From Cirrosporium novae-zelandiae (taxonomy: Eukaryota), in the NCBI GenBank assembly GCA_026023565.1, contig JAPETS010000016.1, positions 248,001 to 312,000 on the forward strand: 64,000 nucleotides of DNA, read 5' to 3'. Positions 36,320 to 50,607 of this stretch are shown here, one piece after another. Below the pieces are notes generated by a model. It was not told the DNA's origin, made no database searches, and saw nothing but the letters and a program-made list of their open reading frames with translations. How positions within the stretch are numbered: the stretch's first letter is position 1; each line of letters begins with the position of its first letter. Made by a program: the position numbers and the translations under genes.

Positions 36320-37104
36320 ATGTCGAATAACGAGCAATTCTACCTTCGTTACTAGTGAGACTATACAATCCCAGGTCCAGGTGATCCCAACTGCTGACAA
36401 TGTCGCAGCTCTGGCCACTCTGGACGATTTGGACATGAATTCCTAGGTGGGTATCTATTAGTTCTTGACCGCCAGCTTTGATACTAATAAGAGTAGAATT
36501 CGATTTCAAGCTGTACCCAGATGGTCGCAGTGCCGCTGCACGCTATGCGAACAACTCCAATTATCGAAATGACTCTCTCATTCGAAAAGAGAGTATGTTT
36601 TTACTATTTCCCCATAGCCATATGAAAGGCTAAGAATGTATCAGTGTGCGTTAGCTCGCTACTCATCAACGAGATCAAGCGCATTGTCAAGCAAAGTGAG
36701 ATTATGAAGTATGTAGTTCAGCGTATCTGAGTATCCTTGATTTACTCATGCTGGGTAGGGAAGATGATGCGAAATGGCCACAGAAGAATAAGGATGGTCG
36801 CCAAGAATTAGAGATTCGGATGGGGAACGAGCATATCTCTTTCGAGGTGCGGCTCAACATCTGCCTTGACCGCTAGACGTATGAAACTAATTCCTGGGGT
36901 TTGTAGACTGCAAAGATCGGTTCCCTGGTGGATGTGACAGAATCTGCAGATCCAGAGGGTCTGCGAGTATTCTATTACCTGGTCCAAGACCTGAAGGCAT
37001 TGGTCTTCTCATTGATCGCTCTTCATTTCAAGGTATGTCTTACCAGAGAATTCCAGATCTGAGAACCACCGACTTATTGAATGATATAGATCAAGCCGAT
37101 TTGA
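36320..37104 (+). CDS. MAGOH: Mago nashi (exon junction complex core); 7 short exons, absent from the ORF track
   Basis: Spliced: [28 protein letters not shown]...[21 protein letters not shown]...[31 protein letters not shown]...[15 protein letters not shown]...[32 protein letters not shown]. Confidence 0.96.
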
Positions 37105-37987
37105 TTGAAGGAGAATGAAACGTCCATGATGAAAGTTACTCCATATGGCGTTTGCGGATGAATTGAAGTCGGTACAGGAAATTCAAGCCCTTCATGCATA
37201 CCGGGTAAATGCTTGCATGCCACACTTTGTGTCTTTAAGGTCTAGCTGGTTACGAGGAGTTGAGCGGAGTGGCGGAAAGTCGGCAGTGGAGACGTTTTTT
37301 GAATGAAATTAGCAGTGAGCACTATAACGTGCAGTATTTTCCCCCCTATAATGACCTGAATTGATTATGATAGGACTTTGAATAAAATTCATAAGTTTCC
37401 AGGAATTTTTTCAGGAATATCATGGTTATTATACATCTTATATATAGTACATAAAGTACGCATAACAAATATAAAAACTGGGGTAATGCTGCTTGCCAGA
37501 CTGAAGAAGCCTTGAATATTTCTATGGGAACCAGTAAGAAGTTGTAATGGGGGGTTGATGAATGGTCTGTGCGTGGAGTTGGGGTTCCAATTAAGGATTT
37601 CCCCGCCCGGAGAGCGCCATGAGCCCATGACCGGAGGGCTTTGGGGCTTTGGGGCTTTGGGGCTTCTTAGTAGGGCTTATTGGGGCATTTTGGGGATGAT
37701 AATGGGGCTTGCCCTCGAGATCCTTGCCTCTCGTTTCTCGTCGGTCTGGTCACTGGTCTGGTCACTGGACAATAGAAACTTTGGTACGTTGTTGATTCAA
37801 TCATCTTCTCCTTCCCTCATCTGATCCCCCCATCCCAGTCACTAAATCAAATGTATTCTCTCCTCTTTCTCGATCAACTCCACCTCGACAATTAATTCTT
37901 GTATCAATATTCCCCCGCTTTCTTCATCATTTGCGATTCATTTTGCGTATTTCCAACTTCATATGTACCCTTAATTGATTTGCATCA

Positions 37988-39138
37988 ATGCCGACCCCAA
38001 GCCCGCATGCTCTTGATGATACAATATTATCACGAACTTCGCCCCATGCCACTTGTCCCCCAGAATCCGAAAGACCGAGACTTGAACACATTCCATCTAA
38101 CATTTTTGCCCGACTGGGTAGATTAAGCGATGGTCATAGTAGTCATGTCTCTGGGGAAGCCAGGCCTCAACCGATGACGCCAGAAATAGAAGATGTGTCC
38201 AATACTCTCGGGGATGCAAACATCGGGGATGTGAATATGAAGGATGATGATAATAGCCCTAAGCCAATAGATTCCGATGACGAAACCCATACTCAATTGG
38301 AACCCATGACTCCTGAGAGTATGGCTCAAGATAGTAAGGACGTTGATCATCGCATGGACACAACACATATGGAACACCCAATTGCAACATCTCCACGTAT
38401 AGTTGATGATTATAGCCCATCAATGGATGACGAATTTTCAAATGTTAGGGTATGTATCAGATTGTCGGTGTTTACTGGACTGCCATCTAATTTTTACCAT
38501 AGCTCCTCCCGAACTCATCTTCTTCCTTCCTCCGTCCGGGAAGTAAATTCAAAGGAACCCAAGAATCAGACCGTCAAGTCTACACGGTTGAAGTTGAACT
38601 TAAACATGTTGACATGGCTGAATCATACCTCTGCGGTTATCTCCGCATCCAAGGTGCGTTCTTTCAGCTGACTCGTCTTCATCACTCTCGCTAACGCCTT
38701 ACTATTTCTGCAGGTCTCACCGAACACCATGCAACCCTTACAACCTACTTTGAAGGAGAACTTATTGGCAACAAATATAGCTTCGTTACACATCATCCAG
38801 CATGGGGCGCCACCGAGAAGACGGACTTCCAACACTGGGCAAAATTCCCCGCGTGGCGCCCTCTCCAAAAATCTGCCCGCCACAACTCCTTCACCATCAA
38901 AAACTTTGCCACCCGCGAAAATATATTCATGCGCTGGAAGGAACATTTCTTGGTTCCCGACCACCGTGTCCGGGCTATCTCCGGAGCTAGCTTCGAGGGT
39001 TTTTATTACATATGCTTTAATCAGATCGAGGGACACGTTAGTGGGATATACTACCACTCAAAAAGTGAAAAGTTCCAAAAACTGGAGCTAGAACATGTCC
39101 CCGACAAAGGTTGTTTCGGCGCCATGGAGTTTCGCTGA
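37988..39138 (+). CDS. VID24: GID/CTLH complex substrate receptor Gid4/Vid24; 3 exons
   Basis: SSSFLRPGSKFKGTQ, YLCGYLRIQGLT, LTTYFEGE, HWAKFP, IFMRWKEHFLVPD, ISGASFEGFYYIC and GIYYH. Introns at 38450-38502 and about 38654-38713. Confidence 0.92.
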
Positions 39139-40773
39139 TTTTTGGTTCTTAATGATTGCGAGGATTATATATACCTTGAGCAAGGATGCTCTCAAGAGGG
39201 GAAGGAATAATTAAAGAATTACCTCCCCTGGTTAGAAATGCTTTTTTTTCAAGGTCGTGAGGGTAGGGAGGATGATGATGATATATTTAGATGTTGACAT
39301 CTTTTCTCAAGCCGTGGCTATCCCTGGGGGCTACGATTTTCTTTCATCGTCTTTTTCTCTTTTTTTTTCGCAACTTACACCCCCAACCACTACAACACAC
39401 TACCCCTTACAAATTTAGCAAAACCTCATTAGCAAGCGACGGAGTGCAACGGCACGGTATTGGGACATGCATGTACTTGGGATTTTTTTTCTTTTTTTCT
39501 AAACATGAGAAAGAAAGAATGAATGAATGAAAGAAAAGGAAAGAAAAGAAATGAAAAACACACATATACACATACACCACCTAGCCTAATCCAGGGATTG
39601 GGATTCCCCCCCAGGTCAGGAAGGAGTAGGAAAATTGTGTTTTTTTTCTTTTCTTTTCTCTTTTCTTACAACCATGATGTCTGTCCTCTTTATTTATTAG
39701 TTTTCTCATACCTTTGGAACTTGATTTCCCCCCTTCTCCCCTTTTCTCTTATTCTCTAGACCCGTAGGGGGGTTCATATTGATTCTTTCGGAATTCCTTT
39801 CCCTTGAGGGGGGATTCTATGGAACTGGGTTTTTTTTATTATTCTTGGGAAACTTGGGAAATTCGGATAATTTCTTGGGTTTGGGTTTGGATGGGATTGG
39901 CGAAAGGAAGGGAGGGGAGGAGCGGGGAGGGAGCACATGACTCTTTATTTTTATTTTTTAGTGTACAGGTTGGGCTACAGTAGCTAGCTAATTGTGTGTG
40001 GGAGGGGGATTGGGGTTATGGCTCTCTTTCTTTGAGCGGAAAGAGAGAAAAGAGAGGGTTGATCGATAGGATGGACTGGACTGGAGGGAGGTGGGGGATA
40101 AATGGAATGGAAATGGAATATCTTAACCTTTCTTATCCTCATCCTTATTTTACATTGCTTCCCCCCCCCCCCCTTTAGGCTTCAGCTTCAGCAGCGAGTA
40201 TACATTTTCCATTTCTCCTACTCCTGCTCCCACTCCCATTCCCACTCCCGCTCCCGCTTGTAGTTACCTAGGTAGTATAAATGGATGGATCGCTTTGCCA
40301 TTGCCATGTTCTTGCCCCTCCGAGGGCATATTGCATATCTATTGTTAAGCTTCTTGGCTTCTAGGCTTCTAGGATTAGGGATGAGGATGAGGATGAGGAT
40401 TATATTGATATCAATTAATAAAGGCCCTAGATACTATCTACAATTCATTCGTTCGTTCGTTGCGGGGAAAACCAAAGTGGAAACAAAGTATAAAAAAAAT
40501 CCTGCCCCCCCCCCGTCAGATGTCCAATGTCCAAGTGTGTGTGCCCCTTGAAATGCCTTCCCTCCTAAAAGAACCCAACCCCATGCCGGTGTTTCATATT
40601 TCGTGTTGTACGTGTCGACATTTAGTATAGTTGTCCTATATCCTATATCTGGCGTTAAGATGGTGGGTGATATGAAACAGAAAATAGGGTAAGTTGGTTC
40701 ATGAGTTCAGATTCGAATTCCCTGGTTATACTGTACGCCGATCCAACCGGTACCAAATTTGGTTATGCAATGG

Positions 40774-40809
<36 letters not shown>

Positions 40810-40952
40810 GTTGATGAATTTGCGTGGCTTTGTGTGTGGGTGGGTGGGTGTCCGAGTTAGATGCAAGCAAAGGATTAAAAGTATCCGTAATCTTTTAACG
40901 GCCCCTGGTTCTCCTTGGTTTTTTCGTAGTGCGTATATATATATATGTATTA

Positions 40953-42618
40953 TCACCGTCCCCTGACTCCTCTACCCCCACTAACACCACTCCCCTGCCG
41001 ACTTCCGCCGGGACCACCAGGACCGCTATATAAGCTTTCTTGTGACCCGATGATGATCTCGGAGGGGGGAGGTGATGTAGATGGAGGAGGGAACACGAGG
41101 GCGTTGATGACATGCGAGGAGTGCCAGCCCTGTGAAGGGAGGGAATCATGGTCTTTGAGGATTTTGCCAAGGTACGCTATACGGATGCGGGTCGGAGGGT
41201 GTAACTGGTGGTGGGGTGTTAGCCCTAGGAGCACAAGAGATGAAGGGTAGAGAAATGGGTTCGATGGGAATGTTTCATGGAATATGTTCAACGAGCAATG
41301 GTAAAGCGTATATAGCCAATCAGGATGTCAACAGGGCATGACCAATAGTGTTGGTAGAGAGTAATAGTAGGAAAGTATCGACAAAGATCTAAGATTCATT
41401 GATCGAAGATTCCCAGAAAATTCCAAAGCATTGCCAACGAGACACAAATAGGACTAGGCCATTAGTATTTAGCCCCTCCCACACCTCACCTCCTAAAATA
41501 TTCCAAGGTTTCCGATCCGAAAATATTCACCAATTCACCTTGGAGAACACAAGCATAAATGCTCATAGGCGGCTAAATACCAATGACCCAGGATTATAAC
41601 AGGCAAATAAGGTAAGACTTAAGCCACGGCAGCCAATAGAATGCACCCACGGATATCATCAATTGACACGTTTGCAGGAAATTCAATATCCGAGAGAGCA
41701 ATAATGAAATGGAGAAGAAATATACAACTTACCCCCGCTTGTGCCATAATCCTCCTTGTCAACACACTAACTTTGTCATTTTCCCCCATCTCTACAACCA
41801 CATCGCTGCCACCTCTATCACTCAATCTTGCTCTTACTTTGATAATCTCACCATTTGAAAGGACAGGACCCTTCCCTTTTACCTCTTTCATTAGCTCCTC
41901 TTCCTCGTCTTCTTCTGTCTTTCCTTCATCCTCATCTGCATCCTCCGTGTCGTCTTCAGCCAGGTTCTCTGGGTCACACACCATCCACGACGGAATTTTG
42001 TACAATGCCCCTTGCTGATCGTAACATCCATCTATCATGTCTCCAGTTGGTAAAGTTACTCCAGCCGCATCCAATATCCCTTGCGCGGTTTCCAGCTCGG
42101 TATCTACTAATTCCAACGCAGCTTTCAATGCGGCCCATATTTCCGGGCGCCCAGTCACTCTCGTTTCAAAGAATGCATCTCGCTCGCGATTAAGCTGGGA
42201 GCGTGTCCATTGGCGTGGGTGTCGTCGGGACCGTCTGCGGCTACTTGAACCTGGAACATGTGGATGCAGAGGGCGATTATAGTGTTCTGAAAGTGGACGA
42301 GAATAGTGATGTCGATTGTGGGAAGAGGATCTTGTTTCAGAGGTAGAGGAACGGGTCAGATGACGAGCAGAGGAGGAGGTGGGATTGGGAGGTGCAGCCA
42401 GGTGAGTCGTAGATTGTTCGCCGGTGGGGGCATTGGCGGGCGCATCGTCGTCATACTCGGTAGGGTGAGAGCAGCAACAGCCCTACTTACAATATTAGGC
42501 TCTAACGTGCTAGGAGTACAATATGTCACAGGATGGAAGTCGAGAGAGCAGAGATCTCGAGATCTCGGTGGACACCAACATCATGTACATGTAAGAGGGG
42601 CAGTATGCAGCTTACCAT
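40953..42618 (-). CDS. Ubiquitin domain-containing protein (UBTD1/2, DC-UbP-like); 3 exons
   Basis: An ATG-only exon 42618-42616. Exon 42482-41733 reads GCCCSHP...WTRSQLNRERDAFFETRVTGRPEIWAAL...AQGILDAAGVTLPTG...GCYDQQGALYKIP. Exon 41204-40953 carries the Ub-like end RIRIAYLGKIL...VINALV. Confidence 0.85.
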
Positions 42619-43002
42619 GATTCATGATGCAATTAACAGAATACTTATCCGAAGTAGATTATATGGCAATTAACATGGAAAACATATAACAATGCAAGAG
42701 AGGATTGGGACTCGCAAAAAGCGAGAGAAAGAGTGAAATTGATGCAAGATGCCAAAGTAGAGAATGGGTGATTAAGAATGGTGGTGGTGACTTTGTGTGT
42801 TGCTGCTGCGTTCACTCAGCTGGGCTTAGTCTGATTGGGTTAATTAAGCTTTTCTGCGCAGGGGGTTTATCAATCCATCGCTTGAGGATCCTCCCGCTTA
42901 ACTATTAAGTAGGTCTATCATTGCTGAAAAGTAGCCTACTTGACCATACTAAGCTAACATGTCCACTGGCATAAGGCCAGCTATAAACCTAGATCCCTCT
43001 TG

Positions 43003-45272
43003 TCATCCTTCATCATTCCCATCTTCATCTTCATCTTCATCATCGCTGCCAAATATAGCTTTAAATACCGCCTCCCCTGGTTTTTCTGCTTCTAGGGCTT
43101 CGTTCCGTTCTGGATCAACTGCCACTTCCTTTGCTTGCTCTGTTCTTGTAACCTCATTGTGTCCCGAGTTTGATGGATTAGCATCAACCCCACTAGATTC
43201 CCGGATCAGCTCCTCAATTGCTTCCTTTGATACAAGCTCTAGCTTTGCATGCGGCAATGTCGAAGACTGGGTTTGAAAACCCCCAGATTGGAACCGATCA
43301 GAAGACCCATGAAGGCCTCCTCCCGTGCCAGGATGCTCCCCTGGATCCATCTGCACATGTGGAGGAGGCTTGACGTTGAACCTTTTACATAGCAATCGTG
43401 TAGGGTAGAACTGCTGTACCGACCGAGTCATTGGTCCATACATTCCAACTTTTGCGGCTGCTTCGGCCGGATCTTCAGGTTTTTCGGTTGGCCTGTTGAG
43501 GAGTTGTCCGCTGGCCTTGTTATCTGGTACATCGGAGGTAGATTTAGGCAAAGATGAAGATGTTGTAAATCTAGAAGCCATCATCCCTGTCATGGGTTTA
43601 AATATCTGGGCAGCATGGGCAAATTCTGAAAGTTCTTTGGCCCAGTCATCCTTAGATGCCCCAGGAGCTCGCTCAGGCAACTCTTGTCGGAATCCTGCCT
43701 GTCCCTCTAAGAAGAAACGATAACGTGCTCGTTTGCTTTCGTCTTCAGCATAGGGCATCCACCCCCCAACCCCCCGTCCCAATGCTTGAGCAGCTACCTC
43801 CTTATCCACATGTGGCACTAGTCGCCGTAACTCTTCCTGTTTCTGCTCCTCCGTCAATTCATAACCTTTAGGGGGGGCTTCTCCGAGCCCAGCAGGAAGA
43901 TTACCCTTCCCGGAGACCTTTGCCAAACGATCCCTAGCCTCGGGGGAGAGGAAATCGAAAACAGATTTTCCTGGTAATTGAGATTCTCCAAGCAGAGCGG
44001 CTCTTGATTTAGGGTCCATATTCGACGCTCTTGCGGCGTCCGCTGTTGACATGTAATGCGACGCATCTCGTGACGATGTGGACGTCTTGGACGATTTCCA
44101 GTCCTTGGGTATCTTTGGGGGTGGGTATTTTCCATCCTGATTGACGATTGATGATATTGAACCTGTATCTGTCGACAGCACGAATCCGTCCAAAGGTAGA
44201 CGACCATCATGACATTTTCGGAATCCTTTAGTGGAAGCAGCTTTTTTCGAGATGAAGACTGGTCTGTTTTTAAGCAACGGATTCGATACGCTAATAGCAC
44301 TCCTTCCATCATCGTGTTTCTTTTTCTTTTTCTTATCTCCACCGATTGTCTTGTTGTAAGATATGCTAGGCCCCATAGAATACGGGTCCTCATCATCAGA
44401 TCCATTATCATTAAGAATCCCGACTCCGAAGCCGCCTTTCCTCACATCCTTCTTCTTCTTTTTGATTTTTGAGGATCGCATAGTGAACAAATCCTCATCA
44501 TCATTATCAGACCCTTTAGATACGGGAGCCGACGTAAATGTTGAATCTGCCAGTTTTCCTTCATCCTCATATCCTAATCCTTTGTGATCATTTTTACGGG
44601 TGAAAGCAATCATAGAAGGATTTTCTGGTGCAAATAGATGCACCTTGCCATTTTGATCCTCTTGGGAGCCATCAAGCCTCGCCTTTCGTCGTACCCGAGG
44701 GCCAACACCTTGACCTTCCCGCCAGCCCATTTTTCTCAACAGCTTCGAGCCCATAGTCTCTCCTCTGGTACGGAAGAGGTCCATCAAACTACCGATACGG
44801 TTCTGGTCATGTTCAGTAGAACCTAGACCTGAAAATGTTTCATTCGTCTGTAGTTGCCTAGCTTCTTCAGCTTCCCTGAGGTCCTCTTCGTCCATGAAAT
44901 CTTCTGGGCGTTGTTGGGTGGTTTTCTTTCCATCTTTGGCTCTGTTTGTTCGCGACGAGACAAAGGATGAAGGAGTCCATCCCTCTTTGGATCCCACCGT
45001 ATTGAAGTATCTATGATTTACATCAGCATTGATTTTCTTCTAGTGGAGTAGGCTCAATCACTTTACCCGGCACTAAATCCACCTGTAAAAGCACCATGAA
45101 GGCGTTTTCGACCTCTCTCATCGGTGACTTCTTGCTTCCAAATTGGGACGTAGGAACCGTCATCGCGAATTTCTGGATCCAATGGTGGAAGAGGAGTACC
45201 GTAAAAGGCATATGGAGATTGTTGAGCTTGAAGGTCTGCCTCGAAGGCAGCACGAGATCGCTTGTAAGCCAT
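43003..45272 (-). CDS. G-patch domain protein, GPATCH1/DUF1604-like; 2 exons
   Basis: [50 protein letters not shown]-patch [17 protein letters not shown], and AAKVGMYG...[11 protein letters not shown]. Intron 45066-45011. Confidence 0.92.
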
Positions 45273-46523
45273 GAAAAGTGGAGTAAAACATGAGAATGAA
45301 TTATGAATTAGTTGCCTCGGTTTATTCGCTAAATATTCATTATTCACAAGTCAAAGTTTGGTGAGAAGATTCTGAGAGCCGGTCGGTAACGATGATTGAG
45401 GTAGAAAAAGTCCCCTAGTGGCAGAAAAGTAGATGAGATCAGACCTGGGTAGGAATGTCGATGAACGGAACCAGGGAAGAAGACGGAACTCTAAAGCATT
45501 ACATTAGACAATCAAGTTACGTTTAACGATAGATTTAATAATTATTTGCATAAAATATCATATGTAATTAGGTTTTCTTTTTTGTCTGATGAATTCTGGG
45601 GATAATCTCCACTTTTAAAAACCAAGATGCCGAAAGGACATCTGTGGGACGATTTCATGGGAATTTGGGGGGAGGGGGGGAGTTCAGGTAAAGAATTTAT
45701 GGGTGGCACAGCTGGGTTTAAGGTCCAAGGCGGACCAAAATTCAAAGCCGCAAAGCCCAAAGGTCAGCGCCCAAAAGTTTGACGCAAACATTTGGGTGTA
45801 GGTCCAGTGCTTAGGTGGTACTGGGTACAGGTACAGGTACAGATATAGTGGTACTTTATAATACTTTATGGTACTTTATGTACTCTGTGATACCCTGTGT
45901 GGCTGTGGTACTCTGTTATACGGGAATCAACATGGAATTACCTTTCCCATCAATGATATGATACCACTGATACTCTTCCTACCCCTGGGCAGCATTTATT
46001 TATTTGCTTATTCTTTCTTCGTCATATTGATTATAATTATCAACCAGTAGTAATGGACCAGTTAGTACAACCGAAGATACAGCTGAAAAAAAATAAAATA
46101 AAAATAAAAACAATCAAATAAATAAAAAGGATTTCTAAACCTGTCGTCTTGGCCTTAAACACTGCATCATTTTTTGAGCTGAACTGAATGAATTAAGTGC
46201 AAAAACCGGATCAAAGGCCATTTCTCCCATCCTAGATTATTTTGTTCATCATTCCTCAACCATCATCAAAAAAAATACTTACTACTCCACACCTTCAACT
46301 TCATACTTCAGCTGGTAATTACTTGTTTGCGCATCGACCAACTTCAAAATACTTCCCAACTATAACCATCTAGGGTCAAAGTATGTTATTTGCGCATAAT
46401 TACAATTATCAAACTTCTTCAAAATCTTTCTTGTTGTTGTCGGTGTGTGAACTCTTGGACCTTGGACCTTCTCCTCCTCATCCATTCCTCCATTGATCTT
46501 AGGAATCCCTATCGTTTCCATCT

Positions 46524-46524
<1 letters not shown>

Positions 46525-46586
<62 letters not shown>
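46525..46586 (+). repeat. C62 homopolymer upstream of KIN1
   Basis: Direct count. Confidence 0.9.
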
Positions 46587-46587
<1 letters not shown>

Positions 46588-46863
46588 CAGCCCGTAATCC
46601 CGCGACCCACCATCCACCATTCTCAAATCCCCGGAAGAGTGTAACGCTTTTGTTATCTTTTTATTGATTGAGGCTTCCCAGTCAGGAAATCAAATCAAAA
46701 AAAATTTCAACTTTAAAAAAGGCGATTGCTTTGATCTTCGTCAAAGAAGTTTGAACGATTGGAAGTATTGGAATTATTTGCTCTGACTTACTGCAAGCTA
46801 CCCAAGAACTTTTGGTGCTTCCGGTCTGAAACGCCCCCACGAAAGGGGTTAGTCTGATTCATC

Positions 46864-49800
46864 ATGTCCATGGCCTCATCTGCTCAACCTGCCGTTGTTC
46901 GAAGTCATTCAAATCGTCGCCAAAATTCTTATGCTCCTGAGGGGCCACAACGATCACGATCCACCACCACCAGAACTTCTGCTCCCTCCACCGCCCGACG
47001 TGCATCCTATGACCGGCCTCCACCTGCCCAACAAGCGACCCTCGCCAAAATAGCCCAACGAGATTATGAGACTGCGAACGTAGCTCGACCTCGTTCATCC
47101 CGTCGAAGCTCATCCCAAGACAGAAATAATTATAACCCTCCACAGACTCATTCGCAATATAATCCTGCAATGAGTGGCACAACAGCTGTTCAGCACTCGG
47201 ACACGTCAAATGGCGGTCCAGTCCCAGTTCACCCTGCAGCACCAGCTCCAGCCGGCGATCGATCCGCTCATAACAATGGCATGGTAGGAAGAAGAAGAAC
47301 TACGATAGATTCACCATCAGGACATTGGGCTTTGGGGAAAACCATTGGTGCTGGAAGCATGGGAAAGGTCAAACTGGCGAAAAGTTTAGAAACGGGAGAA
47401 CAGGTACGAATTTGATTCTTTAATGGTGATACCCATCTAGTATCTACGCTAACACTTTCCGCTTCAGGTTGCCGTCAAGATTGTCCCGAGACAATCTGCC
47501 GAAGAACATCATAACACCAGAGATGCAGAAAGGGCGGATCGGTCCAAAGAGATTCGTACGGCCAGAGAAGCTGCCATCGTTTGCTTGCTCAACCATCCCT
47601 TCATCTGCTCGATGAAAGATGTTGTGCGTACTCACTATCACTGGTATATGATTGGGGAATATGTGAATGGCGGGCAGATGCTTGATTATATAATTTCACA
47701 TGGCCGTCTTAAAGAGAAACAGGCACGCAAATTTGGTCGCCAGATTGCAAGTGCGTTGGACTACTGCCATCGCAACAGCATCGTCCACCGAGATCTAAAG
47801 ATTGAAAATATCCTCATCAGCAAGACGGGCGATATCAAAATAATCGATTTCGGGTTGAGCAATCTTTTTGCACCCCGAGGTCATCTGAAGACGTTCTGCG
47901 GTAGCTTGTACTTTGCGGCCCCAGAACTTCTACAAGCAAAACAGTATACGGGTCCTGAGGTAGACGTCTGGAGTTTTGGAATTGTGCTTTATGTACTTGT
48001 CTGCGGGAAGGTGCCTTTTGATGATCAAAGCATGCCTCAGTTGCATGCAAAAATCAAAAGAGGGGTGGTCGATTATCCACAGTGGCTATCTTCTGGTAAG
48101 TACCTGAAAAGCAATTTTGGGTATTTTATTAACAGTGGTTTGTAGAATGTCGCAACCTTATCTCGCGTATGCTTGTCACCGATCCACGCCAGCGTGCTAC
48201 CTTGCAGGAAATCATGAACCACTCGTGGATGGTCAAAGGTTTCAGTGCACCCCCAGAGAACTATCTTCCTCCGCGTGAACCCCTCGCCCTCCCTCTAGAC
48301 CCCGAAGTCATTGACAAAATGACTGGCTTTGATTTCGGATCTGCTGAGTATATCACCACTCAATTAACCAAGGTTCTTGAATCTGAAGAGTACCAACATG
48401 CCCTCCGTCTGGCGCGGGAGCAAACAAATCAGGTACCAGGGGCCGAAAAACCTCGAGGGTTTATGGGATTTTACAAACGTCGCAACTCAGCCAACAGTAA
48501 GGATATATTGACCAATAGCTCAACCGACATTCTTCAGCTAGGAAATGACCCGATCAATGCATTTCATCCATTAATATCTGTTTATTATCTCGTCCGGGAG
48601 AAGCAAGAGAGGGAAAGGGCCGAAGCAAATCCTGGAGTTGCCACGACACAATCAGGAGAACAGCCGCTAAAATTACCAGATCTTCCAGCACCAGAAGCAG
48701 CTTACACAAACATTGCAACACCCGAAATGCCAGGGGAGAAGCCAACGGGCGGCAGAACAAGAGCCCGTGCGAAGACACAAGGGGAAGATGATATAGTGGA
48801 GGGTGTGAAGAAAATACCAGGAGCCCCACCCGCGATTCTCGCTCCACCAGACCCAGCACCACCAAAGAAGGAGAGCATGGCCACCGGAATCCTACGAAGA
48901 TTCAGCACAAGGAAACACCGTGAGCCTCGTGATTTACGATCCCAGGACCAAGCTCCAGCCGTCCAGCTCCAACCACCCAATGATGCTGGGGTTCCTCTCC
49001 GCAAGAGTTTCAGTGTCCGTCGGGCACGAAACCGGGAACCTTCCCCATCAGTCACGAATCTCCCTACACAACCACAAGCCCAGGATCCTGCTATGCTTGG
49101 CCCACCAGTCGCTGAATCCGGCTGGAAGGTGAGTAAGGGTCTAGGTAGGTCTGCCAGTGTTGCCTCAGGTGAACACCGCCGGCGTCAACAGGAACGAAGA
49201 GGTGTAAGTGCAGCTGCTGCGACACCGCCTAGCCCAAGGCCTAGTGTTCCTGCTATTCCTAACGGGGTAGAAGCCTTCAAGGAAGACCTTAAATCTGATT
49301 TGCCTGTGCGCTCAGCAACATCCAGAGCAAAGTCTCTTGGTCATGCACGCCGTGAAAGCATTCAAGCACGTCGAGCACGGCGAGAAGAGGCACGCGAGGC
49401 CAACCTTCCTGAAGAACCCGAAGGAGCTGCTGTCACTGCCAAGCTCACCGAGAGCACGGAAAACATGAAGCCCGTTTATCTCAAAGGTCTTTTCTCGGTC
49501 TCTACTACCAGTAGTAAGCCTCTTGCGATTATTCGTGCGGACATTATTCGGGTTCTCAAACAACTTGGTGTCGAATTCACCGAAGTCAAAGGTGGATTCA
49601 GCTGCCGTCACTCTCCTAGCATTGATCTCAACAAATCTGAGGCCACGCCCCCCAGCCCTCCGCTCTCTGGCAGTCATCGCCGACATATCTCGTTGGGTTT
49701 CATCGGTGGTGACCGCGAACGAGAGGGGCATGATTCTCCTAAGCTTAGCAAGACGCGCTCGTCCTCTCGACGCCGGCCTGCCAATGCGGATCATAGTCTC

Positions 49801-50049
49801 AGCAACTCGGAGGACTCGGAAGAATATATGCCACGTCCAAGCATGGCACAAGACCGTGATCGTATTGCCGGGGAGACTACCACACGTGTTCAGAATGACC
49901 TTGGAGACAATATGGTACTACGGTTCGAGGTTTTTGTAGTCAAGGTACCATTGTTCAATCTGCATGGGATTCAATTCAAGAAGGTCGCGGGTGGTACGTG
50001 GCAATATAAGAATATGGCGCAACGTATCCTAGATGCATTGAGACTTTGA
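46864..50049 (+). CDS. KIN1: Kin1/Kin2 (PAR-1/MARK-family) Ser/Thr kinase with a C-terminal KA1 domain; 3 exons
   Basis: [53 protein letters not shown] and [23 protein letters not shown]. Introns 47404-47467 and 48096-48145. Confidence 0.96.
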
Positions 50050-50607
50050 GCCAGGTGATTTTTTTCGGGTACTTTCTATATCCTCATTAGGGAAGTCGAG
50101 TATCTATTTCAGGCGGCAATAATCTTGGCGTGGGTTGGACACCAACTGTGACATGAGGCCCATAATCCACCTTTTGAAAATGAGCAATAATGAGGATAGG
50201 AGTATAAACTGTTGGCATTTATGACGGTCAAGATACTTCTCTCCAAGGCAGGCTCCAGGTGAGTTATGGAGAGGACCTCGTTGAACCCTACGACCCTACG
50301 GGACGGCCAATTCAGCCTTGGGTAACTTTTCGAAGGATCCCATGTATACCACACCACACTCGCTGCCACAGAAGACTACCCGCACCAATCTATGAACAAA
50401 CAAGCAGGAGGATATCGGTTAGCAAGTGTTGCTATTGGTCCTCATCATGAACAAGAAGGGAGGATTGAAGTGTGAGGGGAGGGAGGGAAGAAATGCAAGA
50501 GAATATCAAGGACATGACTTAAACCAAGTCACTTTTTATTGTGTCATTTCCTTCGAAACAGTCTACAGTTTTACTTTTTAACAAAACCAAAATCGACCCC
50601 CAAGATA

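Noticed and set aside
46360..46644. Poly-Pro/poly-Gly ORFs (also 60092-60403)
   Set aside because: Artefacts of translating the homopolymer tracts.
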